DNA of 50,551 nucleotides from Luminiphilus sp. (GCA_965656285.1 CBFHJX010000001.1:1-50551), one strand, 5' to 3'; shown: positions 27,723-37,197, counted from the stretch's first letter. The notes: a model not told the origin generated them from the sequence alone. Program-made: numbers and translations.

Positions 27723-28927
27723 GACGCCTCTTCCCACTGTGGAAACGGATCAGATAACGTGGCCCAATAATCCCTTCCTTTGAGGAGTTCGTCCTCGGTC
27801 AAAAGGCACTGATCGAGGGCCTGGCGGACTTCCGTCTCATCCAGTCCCTGTCCGATAAATACCAGCTCTTGGCGCATGTCTCCAAAGGGTTCAACCCAAC
27901 TCTTCTGAATGCTGTCGAGGTACTCTGGATCATCGGGCCATCGCTCTCTCGGGACCGCTGACCAAAACAAGCCAGCGAAACCGTAACGGGCTATTCCGCC
28001 CGCTTGGCTCCACTGGCCCGCGTATTCTGGTCGAGTCGCCAGCCAGAAGTAGCCTTTGGAGCGTAGCAGCGTTCCATAGGCCTTTGTGTCATGGAGAAAG
28101 GAGAAGAACTTCGCGGGATGAAACGGTCGCCGAGCGCCGTAACTGAAACTCGATATTCCATACTCTAGGGTTTCTGGGACATGCTCACCCCGCATTTCCT
28201 GCAGCCAACCCGGTGCCTGTTGTGCACGCTCAAAGTCGAAGCGACCGGTGCTGATCACTTCATCGATATCCACTGCTCCCGACGCTATGGGCAGTATTTT
28301 GGCGTCGGTATTGAGTGTTCGAAGGATGGCCTCGAGCCGTTTAATATCATCTTGGCTGGCTAAGTCAGTCTTACTGATCAATATCACGTCAGCGAACTCA
28401 ACTTGATCAACTAAGAGGTCAGCAACGCTGCGCTCATCATCTTCCCCGAGCGACTCACCCGTATCCTGCAGAAACTGCGCTTGTTCGTAGTCCTTTAAAA
28501 AGTTTACGGCATCGACAACCGTGACCATGGTATCGAGCTTGGCCACATCGGACAGAGATACGCCATCTTCGTCGGCAAACGTGAAGGTTTCTGCAACTGG
28601 AAGTGGCTCTGAGATCCCCGTGGACTCGACGACCAAGTAGTCAAAGCGACCCTCTTCTGCCAGTTTGGTGATCTCGACGAGCAGGTCTTCTCTGAGCGTG
28701 CAGCAGATGCAACCGTTACTCATTTCGATCAGCTTTTCGTCGCTGCGGCTCAGCGATACGTCGTTTTGAACGATGGCCGCGTCGATATTGATTTCACTCA
28801 TGTCGTTAACAATGACCGCCACCTTCCTGCCTTGGCGATTATTGAGTATGTGGCTGAGTACGGTTGTTTTTCCGGCACCTAAAAACCCAGAAAGTACGGT
28901 GACCGGTAGTTTTTGCTGGAGTGTCAT
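27719..28927 (-). CDS. zigA: COG0523 zinc metallochaperone GTPase (ZigA/YciC-like)
   Basis: LSGFLGAGKTT, GCICC metal motif, ESTGISEP, C-terminal CobW_C (RPFHP, LRSKG, GDMRQELVFIG). Confidence 0.9.
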   Translation of the reverse strand: MTLQQKLPVTVLSGFLGAGKTTVLSHILNNRQGRKVAVIVNDMSEINIDAAIVQNDVSLSRSDEKLIEMSNGCICCTLREDLLVEITKLAEEGRFDYLVVESTGISEPLPVAETFTFADEDGVSLSDVAKLDTMVTVVDAVNFLKDYEQAQFLQDTGESLGEDDERSVADLLVDQVEFADVILISKTDLASQDDIKRLEAILRTLNTDAKILPIASGAVDIDEVISTGRFDFERAQQAPGWLQEMRGEHVPETLEYGISSFSYGARRPFHPAKFFSFLHDTKAYGTLLRSKGYFWLATRPEYAGQWSQAGGIARYGFAGLFWSAVPRERWPDDPEYLDSIQKSWVEPFGDMRQELVFIGQGLDETEVRQALDQCLLTEDELLKGRDYWATLSDPFPQWEEAS

Positions 28928-28966
28928 TAAGAGTCTCAACGCAGTTGAAAAGCACGGGTATATATA

Positions 28967-28981
28967 AGATACAATGTATCA
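28967..28981. promoter_or_regulatory. Candidate Zur operator upstream of zigA
   Basis: A-GATACA-A-TGTATC-A palindrome about 40 bp upstream of the zigA ATG; near-identical copy upstream of zur. Confidence 0.65.
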
Positions 28982-29141
28982 TATCTGACTCTACAGCACA
29001 GTACGTGCGTCACTAATAGCGCGCTTTTGTGCCTGTGCTTAGGTGTCGCTCTTGATGGGGTTGTCGGTGTTAAGGGGTTAAGCGAGTGTCGGGTCTGAGG
29101 GGGCGATGGCTAAAAGGTCGCATCGCCGCACAGCAGAAAAT

Positions 29142-29270
29142 TTAATTTTCCTTATAGTCTTCAGGGAGAATACCTTGCTCCTTCAAGGTTTTGGTTAATT
29201 TCTCCACTCTAATGAACGCAACGAGACCCAGTATTCCAAAGACATACCCAATGACTGCAAAGCTGTCCAT
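29142..29270 (-). CDS. 42-aa single-pass membrane microprotein (not in ORF track)
   Basis: GTGAGGAATTTAAA-ATG strong RBS; MDSFAVIGYVFGILGLVAFIRVEKLTKTLKEQGILPEDYKEN*; hydrophobic N-helix and charged tail. Confidence 0.75.
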   Translation of the reverse strand: MDSFAVIGYVFGILGLVAFIRVEKLTKTLKEQGILPEDYKEN

Positions 29271-29395
29271 TTTAAATTCCTCACCTGAGACGCAAATTGT
29301 GTGGGCGCGCATGCCGAGAGTGGCGCCTTATACTCGTCCGGTTGTTATGATCCGAGAAAGCGCGCTGTACTCACTTTAAGGCTACACTAATCGAC

Positions 29396-30088
29396 ATGGC
29401 TTATCCTGATTACATCTCAATTTATGAACGTGCTTGTGAGCGAAAGGGCGGAGAAGCGCTGTTGGAAGCGTTACTGCCGGAGTCACCGGGGAACGCGCAA
29501 TTGGCGGCGTTGGGCTCTGACAGGTACCTTGCGGAGTTCACGCGAAAAATCTTTCAATCGGGTTTCGTGTGGCGCGTGGTCGATAATAAATGGGTGAATT
29601 TCGAAGAGATTTTTTGGAACTTCGACATCGAGCGTCTGCTGATGATGCCGGACGAAATGCTGGAGCGTAAGGCGAAAGATCCTGGAATTATTAGAAATTT
29701 CAACAAAGTGAAAACGATTCCGCAGAACGCTTTAATGATCGACGATGTCGAGCGGCGAGAGGATCGGGCGTTTGGTGAATTTATTGCCGATTGGCCTGAG
29801 GAAGATGTTATCGGACTGTGGCTATACCTTAAGAAGAAGGGCAGTCGACTGGGTGGAAACACGGGTCCATACGCCTTGAGGTCCATTGGCTTTGACACGT
29901 TCTTGTTGACGTCAGACGTGGAGGGCTTTTTGCGCAATAACGGCATCGTTGACTCGGGCATTGGGAGCCTTCGAGCACTCAACGCGACACAGTCTTTTTT
30001 CAATGAGCTGCGCGCACAAAGTGGGCGAAGTTTATCGGAGCTCAGCCGTATTGTGTCCCTGAGCTACGGTCAAAACCGAGGCCAATAA
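29396..30088 (+). CDS. DNA-3-methyladenine glycosylase I (Tag)-like protein
   Basis: IFQSGFVW.VVDNKW.NFEE.F..FD, IIRN..KV. Confidence 0.8.
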   Translation: MAYPDYISIYERACERKGGEALLEALLPESPGNAQLAALGSDRYLAEFTRKIFQSGFVWRVVDNKWVNFEEIFWNFDIERLLMMPDEMLERKAKDPGIIRNFNKVKTIPQNALMIDDVERREDRAFGEFIADWPEEDVIGLWLYLKKKGSRLGGNTGPYALRSIGFDTFLLTSDVEGFLRNNGIVDSGIGSLRALNATQSFFNELRAQSGRSLSELSRIVSLSYGQNRGQ

Positions 30089-30186
30089 CGTGGGTGAGAG
30101 GCGTGATCTTGCTGACTGGATCGGGAGTGACAGGAGTCGTTTCTAATGCTGCGGCGCCTTGAGAAAAATGCTCGGTCACGATGGGT

Positions 30187-30615
30187 TCAATGATTCGCGG
30201 TCGAGTCCTCAGTATCACAACATTTTACGCTTCGGCAGAGCCGGAAGTTTAGAATATGGCTAATACTCAGACTGAGTGCGCCTGACACTGTTAAAAGGCG
30301 CTCACCCGTTTCTCCCACGAATTCATGCGGCAGGAAAGCCGACATGAACAATAGGCCGATGCCAAGGGCGCCGGTCAGTCCAACCGGATAGCTTTTGTGC
30401 GACCGACAACCGAAAAATAATGCGAATACACTGATGGGAATGGCCATCAACACCATAAAGAGGTGAAAGACTTCGTCGCTGAGCGTCACTGCGATGGTCG
30501 CGGGATACACAGAGACGACGACTGGCAGCATGAGGCAGTGCACGAGACAAAGCGATGAGAGCCCTATAGCGCTTACATCAGCAATCGGTCGATTTTTTTC
30601 GGTTGAAAATCTCAT
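30187..30615 (-). CDS. MerC-domain membrane protein
   Basis: D..AIGLS.LCLVHCL.LP motif, 4 TM helices, H..N and a Cys-rich tail. Confidence 0.82.
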   Translation of the reverse strand: MRFSTEKNRPIADVSAIGLSSLCLVHCLMLPVVVSVYPATIAVTLSDEVFHLFMVLMAIPISVFALFFGCRSHKSYPVGLTGALGIGLLFMSAFLPHEFVGETGERLLTVSGALSLSISHILNFRLCRSVKCCDTEDSTANH

Positions 30616-30627
30616 TGTTAACTCGCG

Positions 30628-31101
30628 TTACTGACTGTTTCGGCAATCGTTGCAGGTGCCCGATAGCTCAAGTTGGCGACTCTCAAGATGAAAGCCTGCG
30701 GTTTGTGCGACTTGTTCCATGGCAACGAGCGCCTCTGAGCTGATATCCACTTCTTGTACTTTCGTGCAGTCATTACAAATTAAGAACTGAGCACGACTGT
30801 AGTGTTTGTGCGCGCAAGTGATATGGGAGCAGGCTACGTATTTATTGGCTGTACTGAGCTTGTGGACGAGCGACTGCTCCTCCAAGAAACTCAGTATCCG
30901 GTAAACTGACATGGCGGGCATGGGTTCATTACTTTCTCGGTTGCACACTTCCATCAGTTCATAGGCAGACAAAGCACGATCTTCTTGCAGCAGCGCGTTA
31001 AGCACCTGCCTCCTGCGGCTCGTGAGTTTTACACCGCTGTCTTCACACCGATGTTCTGCGTCTAACAACACTGCGGCGGAAGATTTAATCTTTAGTGTCA
31101 T
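30628..31101 (-). CDS. zur: Fur-family regulator, Zur-like
   Basis: LTSRRRQVL, LSAYEL, MSVYRILSFL, LVHKL, ACSHITC..H, FLICNDC and C..C structural Zn site; context with zigA. Confidence 0.8.
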   Translation of the reverse strand: MTLKIKSSAAVLLDAEHRCEDSGVKLTSRRRQVLNALLQEDRALSAYELMEVCNRESNEPMPAMSVYRILSFLEEQSLVHKLSTANKYVACSHITCAHKHYSRAQFLICNDCTKVQEVDISSEALVAMEQVAQTAGFHLESRQLELSGTCNDCRNSQ

Positions 31102-31130
31102 GGGCTACGCGAGCTCTTAAGTGCCTATCG

Positions 31131-31145
31131 AGATACAGTATATCA
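31131..31145. promoter_or_regulatory. Candidate Zur autoregulatory operator
   Basis: A-GATACA-G-TATATC-A, 30 bp upstream of the zur ATG; 13 of 15 bases identical to the zigA site. Confidence 0.6.
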
Positions 31146-31295
31146 CTAATAGGGGCATTCGAGCACCCGCATTAACCGGCGAAAAATCGATTCAAGACGG
31201 TGATTACCCGCTGTGCGCAGTAAGCCGGAGTATTGAGCGTGAAGCAGTCACGCCATCTGTAAATGCGATTACGCTCGGGCGGTGTGGCTGAGCCT

Positions 31296-31721
31296 TTACG
31301 GGAAGAACTTACCTCCGGTATCGGTCGTCTCAATATTAAGCTGACCGGCAAGACCGGCAGTGCGGTGCACGGCAATCTCTTGATACGCGCTGAGTTGCAT
31401 CATCTCCAGCATCGCGGCTCGAGAGGGGTATTGGGCAATGGCGACACAGTCCCATAGCTCTTCGACTTCTCCAAGCATGAGTCGACTAACGTCACCCGAA
31501 AAAACGACCTTGCCACCCACCTGCGCTAGTGTTTGGGTCACACCTGCGGAGTAAATTGCGTAAGCCTCTTTTCCAGTTAGCGTTGTTTCACGGTTGTCCT
31601 CGTAAGTTGCTTCGTCTTTGAACTTCAGCAAATTAACCATAAAGATCGACCCGTCTGGGCCTGGCATCAAAAATTCTGCCATCTGAGTCTGTGTTGGAAT
31701 CACACTGTTCTCGACGTTCAC
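31296..31721 (-). CDS. DUF1330 domain protein
   Basis: MVNLLKFK..A.Y, TG.EAY..Y, WD.VAIAQYPSR.A, HR.AGL; GGAGG RBS before the GTG. Confidence 0.82.
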   Translation of the reverse strand: MNVENSVIPTQTQMAEFLMPGPDGSIFMVNLLKFKDEATYEDNRETTLTGKEAYAIYSAGVTQTLAQVGGKVVFSGDVSRLMLGEVEELWDCVAIAQYPSRAAMLEMMQLSAYQEIAVHRTAGLAGQLNIETTDTGGKFFP

Positions 31722-31954
31722 GGGCGTTGCCTCCGTATTGGTTCAATTAAATTAGGAGAAAGAGCATCTCATAATTTGGCAGTTTAAGTGCCAAAATAAG
31801 ACGTGTCACGCGCTTATTGCGGCGCTCAAGTCAGATCTGGCCAGCCGTCTTGCCGCTATGGTCAGTGACGGAGCGGAGATTAAAGTGTCGTGTAGGTTGG
31901 TGAGTGTTCAGAATTCGTACTGGGTGCGCTCATCACACCCTTTGGCCTGTCTTG

Positions 31955-32845
31955 CTAAGCGCGTATTCCAACCCAGGCGTCGGGCCAAGAGTCTTCAAGA
32001 CTCGACAGGTGTGTGAACAGTGCTCGTACCCGTGCGGATTGTCGCAGGTCCTTATGGTAGAGGAGCCAGACGTGAAAGTAGGGTACGCTCAGTGTGTTTG
32101 GTAACCGAATAATATCGCTGTCATCCTCCACCGTGCAGCACGGTAGAGCGCCCACTCCCATTTGATTTAGCACGGCCTCGCGTCGGGCGATGCCGCCGTC
32201 AATCGAGTGCTTTACGGCAATACCAAGATCGCTCGGTTTGGGAAGCTGCGGGGGAAGATCCTCTGCGGTATTAATGTACGTGAGTTCACGTCGCCCGAGC
32301 CGCGCGTCGGTCAGCAGAGCGCGATGCACGTAGTAACCCACCGTCAACAACCCTAGCTTAATGCCGACGATGTCGCGAGGGGGGCGCTCACCGACGGGTA
32401 ACCCGCGGATGGCAAAATCAGCCTCTCGGCGCGAGAGATCGACGATATCGTTAGAGGCTTTTACGTCGAGCTGAATTCGAGGGTAACTTAGAGAGAACTC
32501 ATTGAGTTTCTCAAAAAAAACTGCATTCATGGGCGCAAAATTAGCCAGCGACACCTTGAGCTTACCCGCCAGAAGCGCATCGCGGCCCGTCAGTCGGAGT
32601 TGACCGTCTGAAATGGTGTCCTCAACGATCTTGGCGATGGGCAGTAGCTCCTCGCACAACGCCGTGGCGAGAAGGCCGTCGGGTGTCCGATCAAACAGAC
32701 GTCCCTCGACGGCATCTTCCAGCAATTCCAGCTTTCTGTGAACGGTACTGTTACTGACCTTTAGCGCTGCCGCCGCAGATCGTGTAGACCCAAAGCGACT
32801 GCAGGCTAAAAGTACTTTAAGGTCGTCCCAGTTAAGCTGTTCCAT
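31955..32845 (-). CDS. LysR family transcriptional regulator
   Basis: LNWDDLK, AA..LKVSNSTVHRKL..LE...LFDRTPDG HTH; DLSRREADFAIR. Confidence 0.92.
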   Translation of the reverse strand: MEQLNWDDLKVLLACSRFGSTRSAAAALKVSNSTVHRKLELLEDAVEGRLFDRTPDGLLATALCEELLPIAKIVEDTISDGQLRLTGRDALLAGKLKVSLANFAPMNAVFFEKLNEFSLSYPRIQLDVKASNDIVDLSRREADFAIRGLPVGERPPRDIVGIKLGLLTVGYYVHRALLTDARLGRRELTYINTAEDLPPQLPKPSDLGIAVKHSIDGGIARREAVLNQMGVGALPCCTVEDDSDIIRLPNTLSVPYFHVWLLYHKDLRQSARVRALFTHLSSLEDSWPDAWVGIRA

Positions 32846-32858
32846 CCATTGCCTCGGT

Positions 32859-33158
32859 TTAGAGTGCGTTGCCCTTACGGTCTGTCAGCACCAAGTTGTT
32901 ACTCGCTTTGGAAGCATCGATCTTGCACAGCATGCGCTGACGCGACTCACCGGCGGGGACGACCGATAATTTAACGGTCATGGTGCCTGCAAATTTCTTG
33001 CTTCCCTTCATGGTGATTCGCGTTTCGTCGCCAAATTTTTCTTTCACCGCTGTCTTACAGTAGCTGTAGGCCTCGGTGACATTGCTTGAGGCGTGTGCCG
33101 TTCCAGACAACAACACTGCGAGTATGAACGTGGAAATTGCGGCATTTAATTTAAACAT
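32859..33158 (-). CDS. Small secreted protein with one Cys pair
   Basis: AAGGAG RBS; signal peptide ending TAHA; mature part about 76 aa with 2 Cys. Confidence 0.75.
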   Translation of the reverse strand: MFKLNAAISTFILAVLLSGTAHASSNVTEAYSYCKTAVKEKFGDETRITMKGSKKFAGTMTVKLSVVPAGESRQRMLCKIDASKASNNLVLTDRKGNAL

Positions 33159-33416
33159 GGTGTGTTACTCCTTGATGAATGTCGACAAGGATACGAGCAT
33201 TTTTCAGGAGTCGGCTGTAACGATTTAGCCTTGACCAAACTCAAAAATGGAACACCTAAATTGTCACTTTTTAGAGCTGCCATTTCTGGCGCACTCCAGC
33301 AGGAAAATGTACTGTGACTTCAGAATCACACTTTTGCGCCTGCACCCAGTGAGAGGCCGTGGGCATGGACTGCCCCATGAGAGAGCAGTCACCTAATAAA
33401 AAAGAGCGCATCGACT

Positions 33417-34256
33417 ATGTCAGAAATTACACTCGAAGAAATTTGCCGTTATCCCGTTAAATCGATGTTGGGCGAGTCTCTTACCGAGACCACCCTCTCC
33501 AAGCAGGGTATTCCAGGCGATCGGAGTTGGGCGACGCGAGACGAAAAGCGCGGGGGCATACGAGGTGCAAAAAAAATTCCGCAGCTCATGTTATTCAGTG
33601 CTCGAACGTCTCATGGCGGCGTGGCCGAGATTCAAGCGCCGGACGGGAGTTTGTGTCTCTCTAGCGACATCCACATTAATACGTGGTTGACAGAGAAATT
33701 AGAGCATCCGGTGTCATTATGGCCACTTTTACCGGCTGATAATCTAGAGCACTACCGCCGGGGTGCGCCCGATAGCGCAGATTTCGAGGAGGAACTGCGA
33801 ACACTCTTTGGACGTCTCCCCGAAGAGCCACTGCCCGACCTCAGCGCGTTTAGTGAGGTGTTGGAATTTGAGTCGCCACCCGGAACTTACTTTGACGCGT
33901 TCCCGATTATGTTGGCGACTCGACAGTCACTGAATACGCTGTCAGCGCGTGCGCCGACTTCACGCTTCGATCCGAGACGTTTCAGGGCTAATTTCATAGT
34001 CAATGTGGTGGGATCAGACGCGGCGTATCCCGAGCAGGACTGGATTGGCCGCGAGCTTCACGTTGGTGACGCCGTTCTCAAAATAGTAGACACCTGCCCG
34101 CGCTGCTCTATGACGACCCATGCCACAGCAGATCTCCCGCGGGATACCGAGGTTATGCGTCACCTCGTCAAAGAGGCGGACGGTAATTTAGGGGTCTATG
34201 CGAAGGTGATCAAGCACGGGACAGTCAAAGCCGGTCAGTCGGTGACTGTCGTTTAA
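33417..34256 (+). CDS. MOSC domain protein
   Basis: RYPVKSMLGE, GDRSWA, FDAFPI, RRFRANF, CPRC, LGVYA.V. Confidence 0.9.
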   Translation: MSEITLEEICRYPVKSMLGESLTETTLSKQGIPGDRSWATRDEKRGGIRGAKKIPQLMLFSARTSHGGVAEIQAPDGSLCLSSDIHINTWLTEKLEHPVSLWPLLPADNLEHYRRGAPDSADFEEELRTLFGRLPEEPLPDLSAFSEVLEFESPPGTYFDAFPIMLATRQSLNTLSARAPTSRFDPRRFRANFIVNVVGSDAAYPEQDWIGRELHVGDAVLKIVDTCPRCSMTTHATADLPRDTEVMRHLVKEADGNLGVYAKVIKHGTVKAGQSVTVV

Positions 34257-34309
34257 TGAGGCGCTCTCAATACGATGATTCCACCGATTGAGAACCTTTC
34301 ACTTGTGCT

Positions 34310-35647
34310 TTATGCGTTGACGGTATCGATGAACTGATCCCAAGGGCCTGTGATCGCCAGCGTCGTGGTGGGGGCGTAAACATTGACAAAAAGTGTGGTC
34401 CCGTCGGGTGAAAAGCACGCGCCGGCGAATTCCGTTTGCAATCTGAGTCTGGCCAACGGATAGGCGTGTCCGTCAGGCGTGATGCCGCGCAGAAAGTTGT
34501 CGACCTTTTCCGTGTATTGATCCTCGCAGACAACGAGGTGTCCGTTTGGCGCGACGGTCAGATTGTCACCAAAGTTGAATTGGTTGACTGATACGCTCTC
34601 AAAAAACAGTTCAAGACGATCGTGTTCTCCGGTGCCACTCAAATGCAGACGTAAGATCTGACCCAGTCGGGCTGCTCCGCCGCTGGTAGAACAAATATAA
34701 GCTTCTCCCTGAGCCATATGAGCACCCTCACCTCGAGCAATGAGGCTCGCGCCTTTGGCTCGGGCACGGTGGCGCAAGTCGTCCTTTGGTGACTCAACAT
34801 CGTCAAGATCCAACCAATTGACAGTGCGGATATCACCGGGTCTCAAGGATGCCGCTGACCAATTGCGAAGGTCTGGAGCGCCCACCACCTGCATCGCTTG
34901 CAAACGCCCCCCCATCGCTAACTGGCCCGGTTGTTTGGGTATAAACCGATAGAGCACACTGTCATCGCGGTCTTCCGTCAGATACACAAAGCCGGTATCA
35001 GGGTCCACACAAGCTGCTTCATGATTGAACCGTCCGAGCGCATAAAGTGGCTCAGGTGCCACCAACCCACTGGCATTGGCCGGTACCTCAAAGACCCACC
35101 CGTGATTTTTACTCAAGCCTTCACCGAACTCCTGGCCTGGCCCTGTCGTTGACTCCTCGCACGTGAGCCATGTATTCCAGGGTGTGGTGCCACCGGAACA
35201 GTTGCGGAGGGTGCCGCCAAGCGATCGAAATTGATCGGTGACCGTCAAGGTTTTTGCGTCCAAAATAACGTGTGTTGTACCGCCAGGGACGAACTCGCCA
35301 TCTTTCGAACCAAAGCCCATCGTGAACGGACCGCCACTGTCGTCGGTTGCCACTAATTCGTGGTTACGCACGAGGGCCAGTTGCCCGTTACCCAAGTCAA
35401 AACACCCCATCCCGTCTGCCTTGTTTGGTACTGTTGCACCGTCAGACATAGGATCACCCAAGCTGGAGATAACTCGGTAGACGAAGTTCTCTGGAAGATC
35501 GATTAGACCTTTGGGATCCGACTGGAGCTCACCGTAAGCACTGGGCGCCATAAAAAAGCGCTCCCCCGTGGGGCGAACAACACACCCACTTGCGGCTAAG
35601 GCTGCAAACGCGGATCCCGTGATTTTTAAAAAAGAGCGCCTATTCAT
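34310..35647 (-). CDS. PhoX-family (DUF839) alkaline phosphatase, Tat-exported lipoprotein
   Basis: NRRSFLK Tat motif and ASGC lipobox; RNHE, RNCSGG.TPW.TWLTCEE, GRFNHEA, YLTED, RGEG, DNL, CED, EFAGACFSPDG.TLFVN. Confidence 0.88.
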   Translation of the reverse strand: MNRRSFLKITGSAFAALAASGCVVRPTGERFFMAPSAYGELQSDPKGLIDLPENFVYRVISSLGDPMSDGATVPNKADGMGCFDLGNGQLALVRNHELVATDDSGGPFTMGFGSKDGEFVPGGTTHVILDAKTLTVTDQFRSLGGTLRNCSGGTTPWNTWLTCEESTTGPGQEFGEGLSKNHGWVFEVPANASGLVAPEPLYALGRFNHEAACVDPDTGFVYLTEDRDDSVLYRFIPKQPGQLAMGGRLQAMQVVGAPDLRNWSAASLRPGDIRTVNWLDLDDVESPKDDLRHRARAKGASLIARGEGAHMAQGEAYICSTSGGAARLGQILRLHLSGTGEHDRLELFFESVSVNQFNFGDNLTVAPNGHLVVCEDQYTEKVDNFLRGITPDGHAYPLARLRLQTEFAGACFSPDGTTLFVNVYAPTTTLAITGPWDQFIDTVNA

Positions 35648-35958
35648 TGTCGTGGTGGTAACCCTCGGACCATGGTAAGAAACTCGAGCTTCGTCCCTGC
35701 GCGGCGATTCTCAGAAAGTAACTGATACTCCGGATCATCGAACCAGTTGCGCGCCTTTTCTTCAGAGGGGAATTGGAAAATGATCATTCGGCCTTGTCTC
35801 GGCGCACGCCCCTCAAAGGTCACAGGATCGTCATCGAAGGTGACGAATTGCCCATCGTATTTTTTCAATAGGCCGAAAAAACCCTTTTCATAGATGCGGT
35901 AGGTGTCAGCGTCGGTAACACGAAGGTTGACGATCATGTAAACCGGTAAGTCGTTCAT
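35644..35958 (-). CDS. DUF1330 domain protein
   Basis: ATG 35958 with GAGG; KYDG, FEG, IFQFPS.E.A..WF.DPEYQ...R; stop overlaps the phoX-like start (ATGA). Confidence 0.85.
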   Translation of the reverse strand: MNDLPVYMIVNLRVTDADTYRIYEKGFFGLLKKYDGQFVTFDDDPVTFEGRAPRQGRMIIFQFPSEEKARNWFDDPEYQLLSENRRAGTKLEFLTMVRGLPPRQ

Positions 35959-36270
35959 AAACGGCCCTCTGTCTATGTTCTTTAAACGCGTGCGTGATTC
36001 GGTACTCAAGCGCCGGCATTTGGCGCGACTCGCCGCAGACCCAGTGAATAGTAACGCACTATCTGCACATGCCAAACGCCCGCCTGAAGACGCTGCTGGG
36101 TATTCTAAAGGGGTCTACACCCCTAATTCTCCTCGCGGTGATTAAGCGGTTTTATCTCCGATGGCGACTCTTAAAATCGTCAGGCGACGAGTTGGGAGCG
36201 GGAAGATTGCCTCTGCTTTGTCAGCGTTTCGCGAGACCCGGACTGCTGTCACTATCATTCCTGTTTAATA

Positions 36271-36287
36271 TGACATAACTTATGCCA
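36271..36287. promoter_or_regulatory. Imperfect palindrome, possible operator of the DJ-1/sulfatase operon
   Basis: TGACATAA-C-TTATGCCA (1 mismatch) in an AT-rich patch about 55 bp upstream of ATG 36341. Confidence 0.35.
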
Positions 36288-36340
36288 ATATTTAATTGCG
36301 CGACAATGCGGCGCTGGCTCACAACAAGAGGCACTTCCTA

Positions 36341-37195
36341 ATGAATAAAATGGTCAAAGGTTTAGGTGTCGTCGTGGGGCTTGGCGTTGTACTCGCCATC
36401 GCGTTGCCAACCCTGTTACATAAAGGCGGTTTACATCCTGCCTATGAGGGAGACTCGGTTGCTTTACCGGACAAGCGGGCGTTAATCATTACGACAAGCC
36501 ACAGTGCACTCGCGGCACCTGGTGAGACGGGCGGTGATGACACCGGCGTGATGGCGTCTGAGTTCACGCACCCTTACTACGTGTTCACGGACGGTGGAAT
36601 GGACGTCGATGTGTCGAGTATCAAAGGAGGGCAGATCCCCATTGATCCGCAAACCTTGAACTACATTATCCGAAGCCCAGAAGACGAGCGCTATCTTGAG
36701 GATCCCATTGCGCAAGCAAAGGTCGCGAACTCTATAGCTGTTTCTGAGGTGGATATTACGCAGTACGATATTGTCTTTATTTCTGGAGGCTGGGGTGCTG
36801 CCTACGATCTGGCACAGTCTGCCGTGTTGGGCGAGCAAATTTCGACGTCCTATTACGGTGAGAGAGAGGCGGTTATCGGTGGCGTTTGTCACGGTGTTTT
36901 AGGGCTGGTCAACGCTCAGGACAATGATGGGAATAAATTGATCGCTGGACGCAAAATGACGGGCGTCTCGGATAAACAGATTAAAGAACTTGGCATCGAG
37001 GTGACGCCACTGCATCCGGAGACCGAACTGCGAAAAGCGGGTGTGATTTACGAACAGAAGACTGCGTTTCGTGACTTCTTTGCCACTCACGTGGTCGTGG
37101 ATGATGAGCAACGGTTTGTAACCGGACAAAATCAAAACTCTGGACTAGAGACCGCGCATCGTATGATGAAAGTGATTTCGGATCGTGGTGAGTAA
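36341..37195 (+). CDS. DJ-1/PfpI (Hsp31-like, type 1 glutamine amidotransferase-like) protein with N-terminal membrane anchor
   Basis: SEFTHPY, YDIVFISGGWG, VCHG nucleophile, VTGQNQNS. Confidence 0.88.
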   Translation: MNKMVKGLGVVVGLGVVLAIALPTLLHKGGLHPAYEGDSVALPDKRALIITTSHSALAAPGETGGDDTGVMASEFTHPYYVFTDGGMDVDVSSIKGGQIPIDPQTLNYIIRSPEDERYLEDPIAQAKVANSIAVSEVDITQYDIVFISGGWGAAYDLAQSAVLGEQISTSYYGEREAVIGGVCHGVLGLVNAQDNDGNKLIAGRKMTGVSDKQIKELGIEVTPLHPETELRKAGVIYEQKTAFRDFFATHVVVDDEQRFVTGQNQNSGLETAHRMMKVISDRGE

Positions 37196-37197
37196 TT

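Noticed and set aside
29191-29379. 62-aa plus-strand ORF
   Set aside because: It overlaps antisense the better-supported 42-aa microprotein; TTG start and no recognisable features.
30187-30615. Mercury-resistance operon
   Set aside because: Only a MerC-like domain is present; no merA, merR, merT or merP, and the context is zinc homeostasis.
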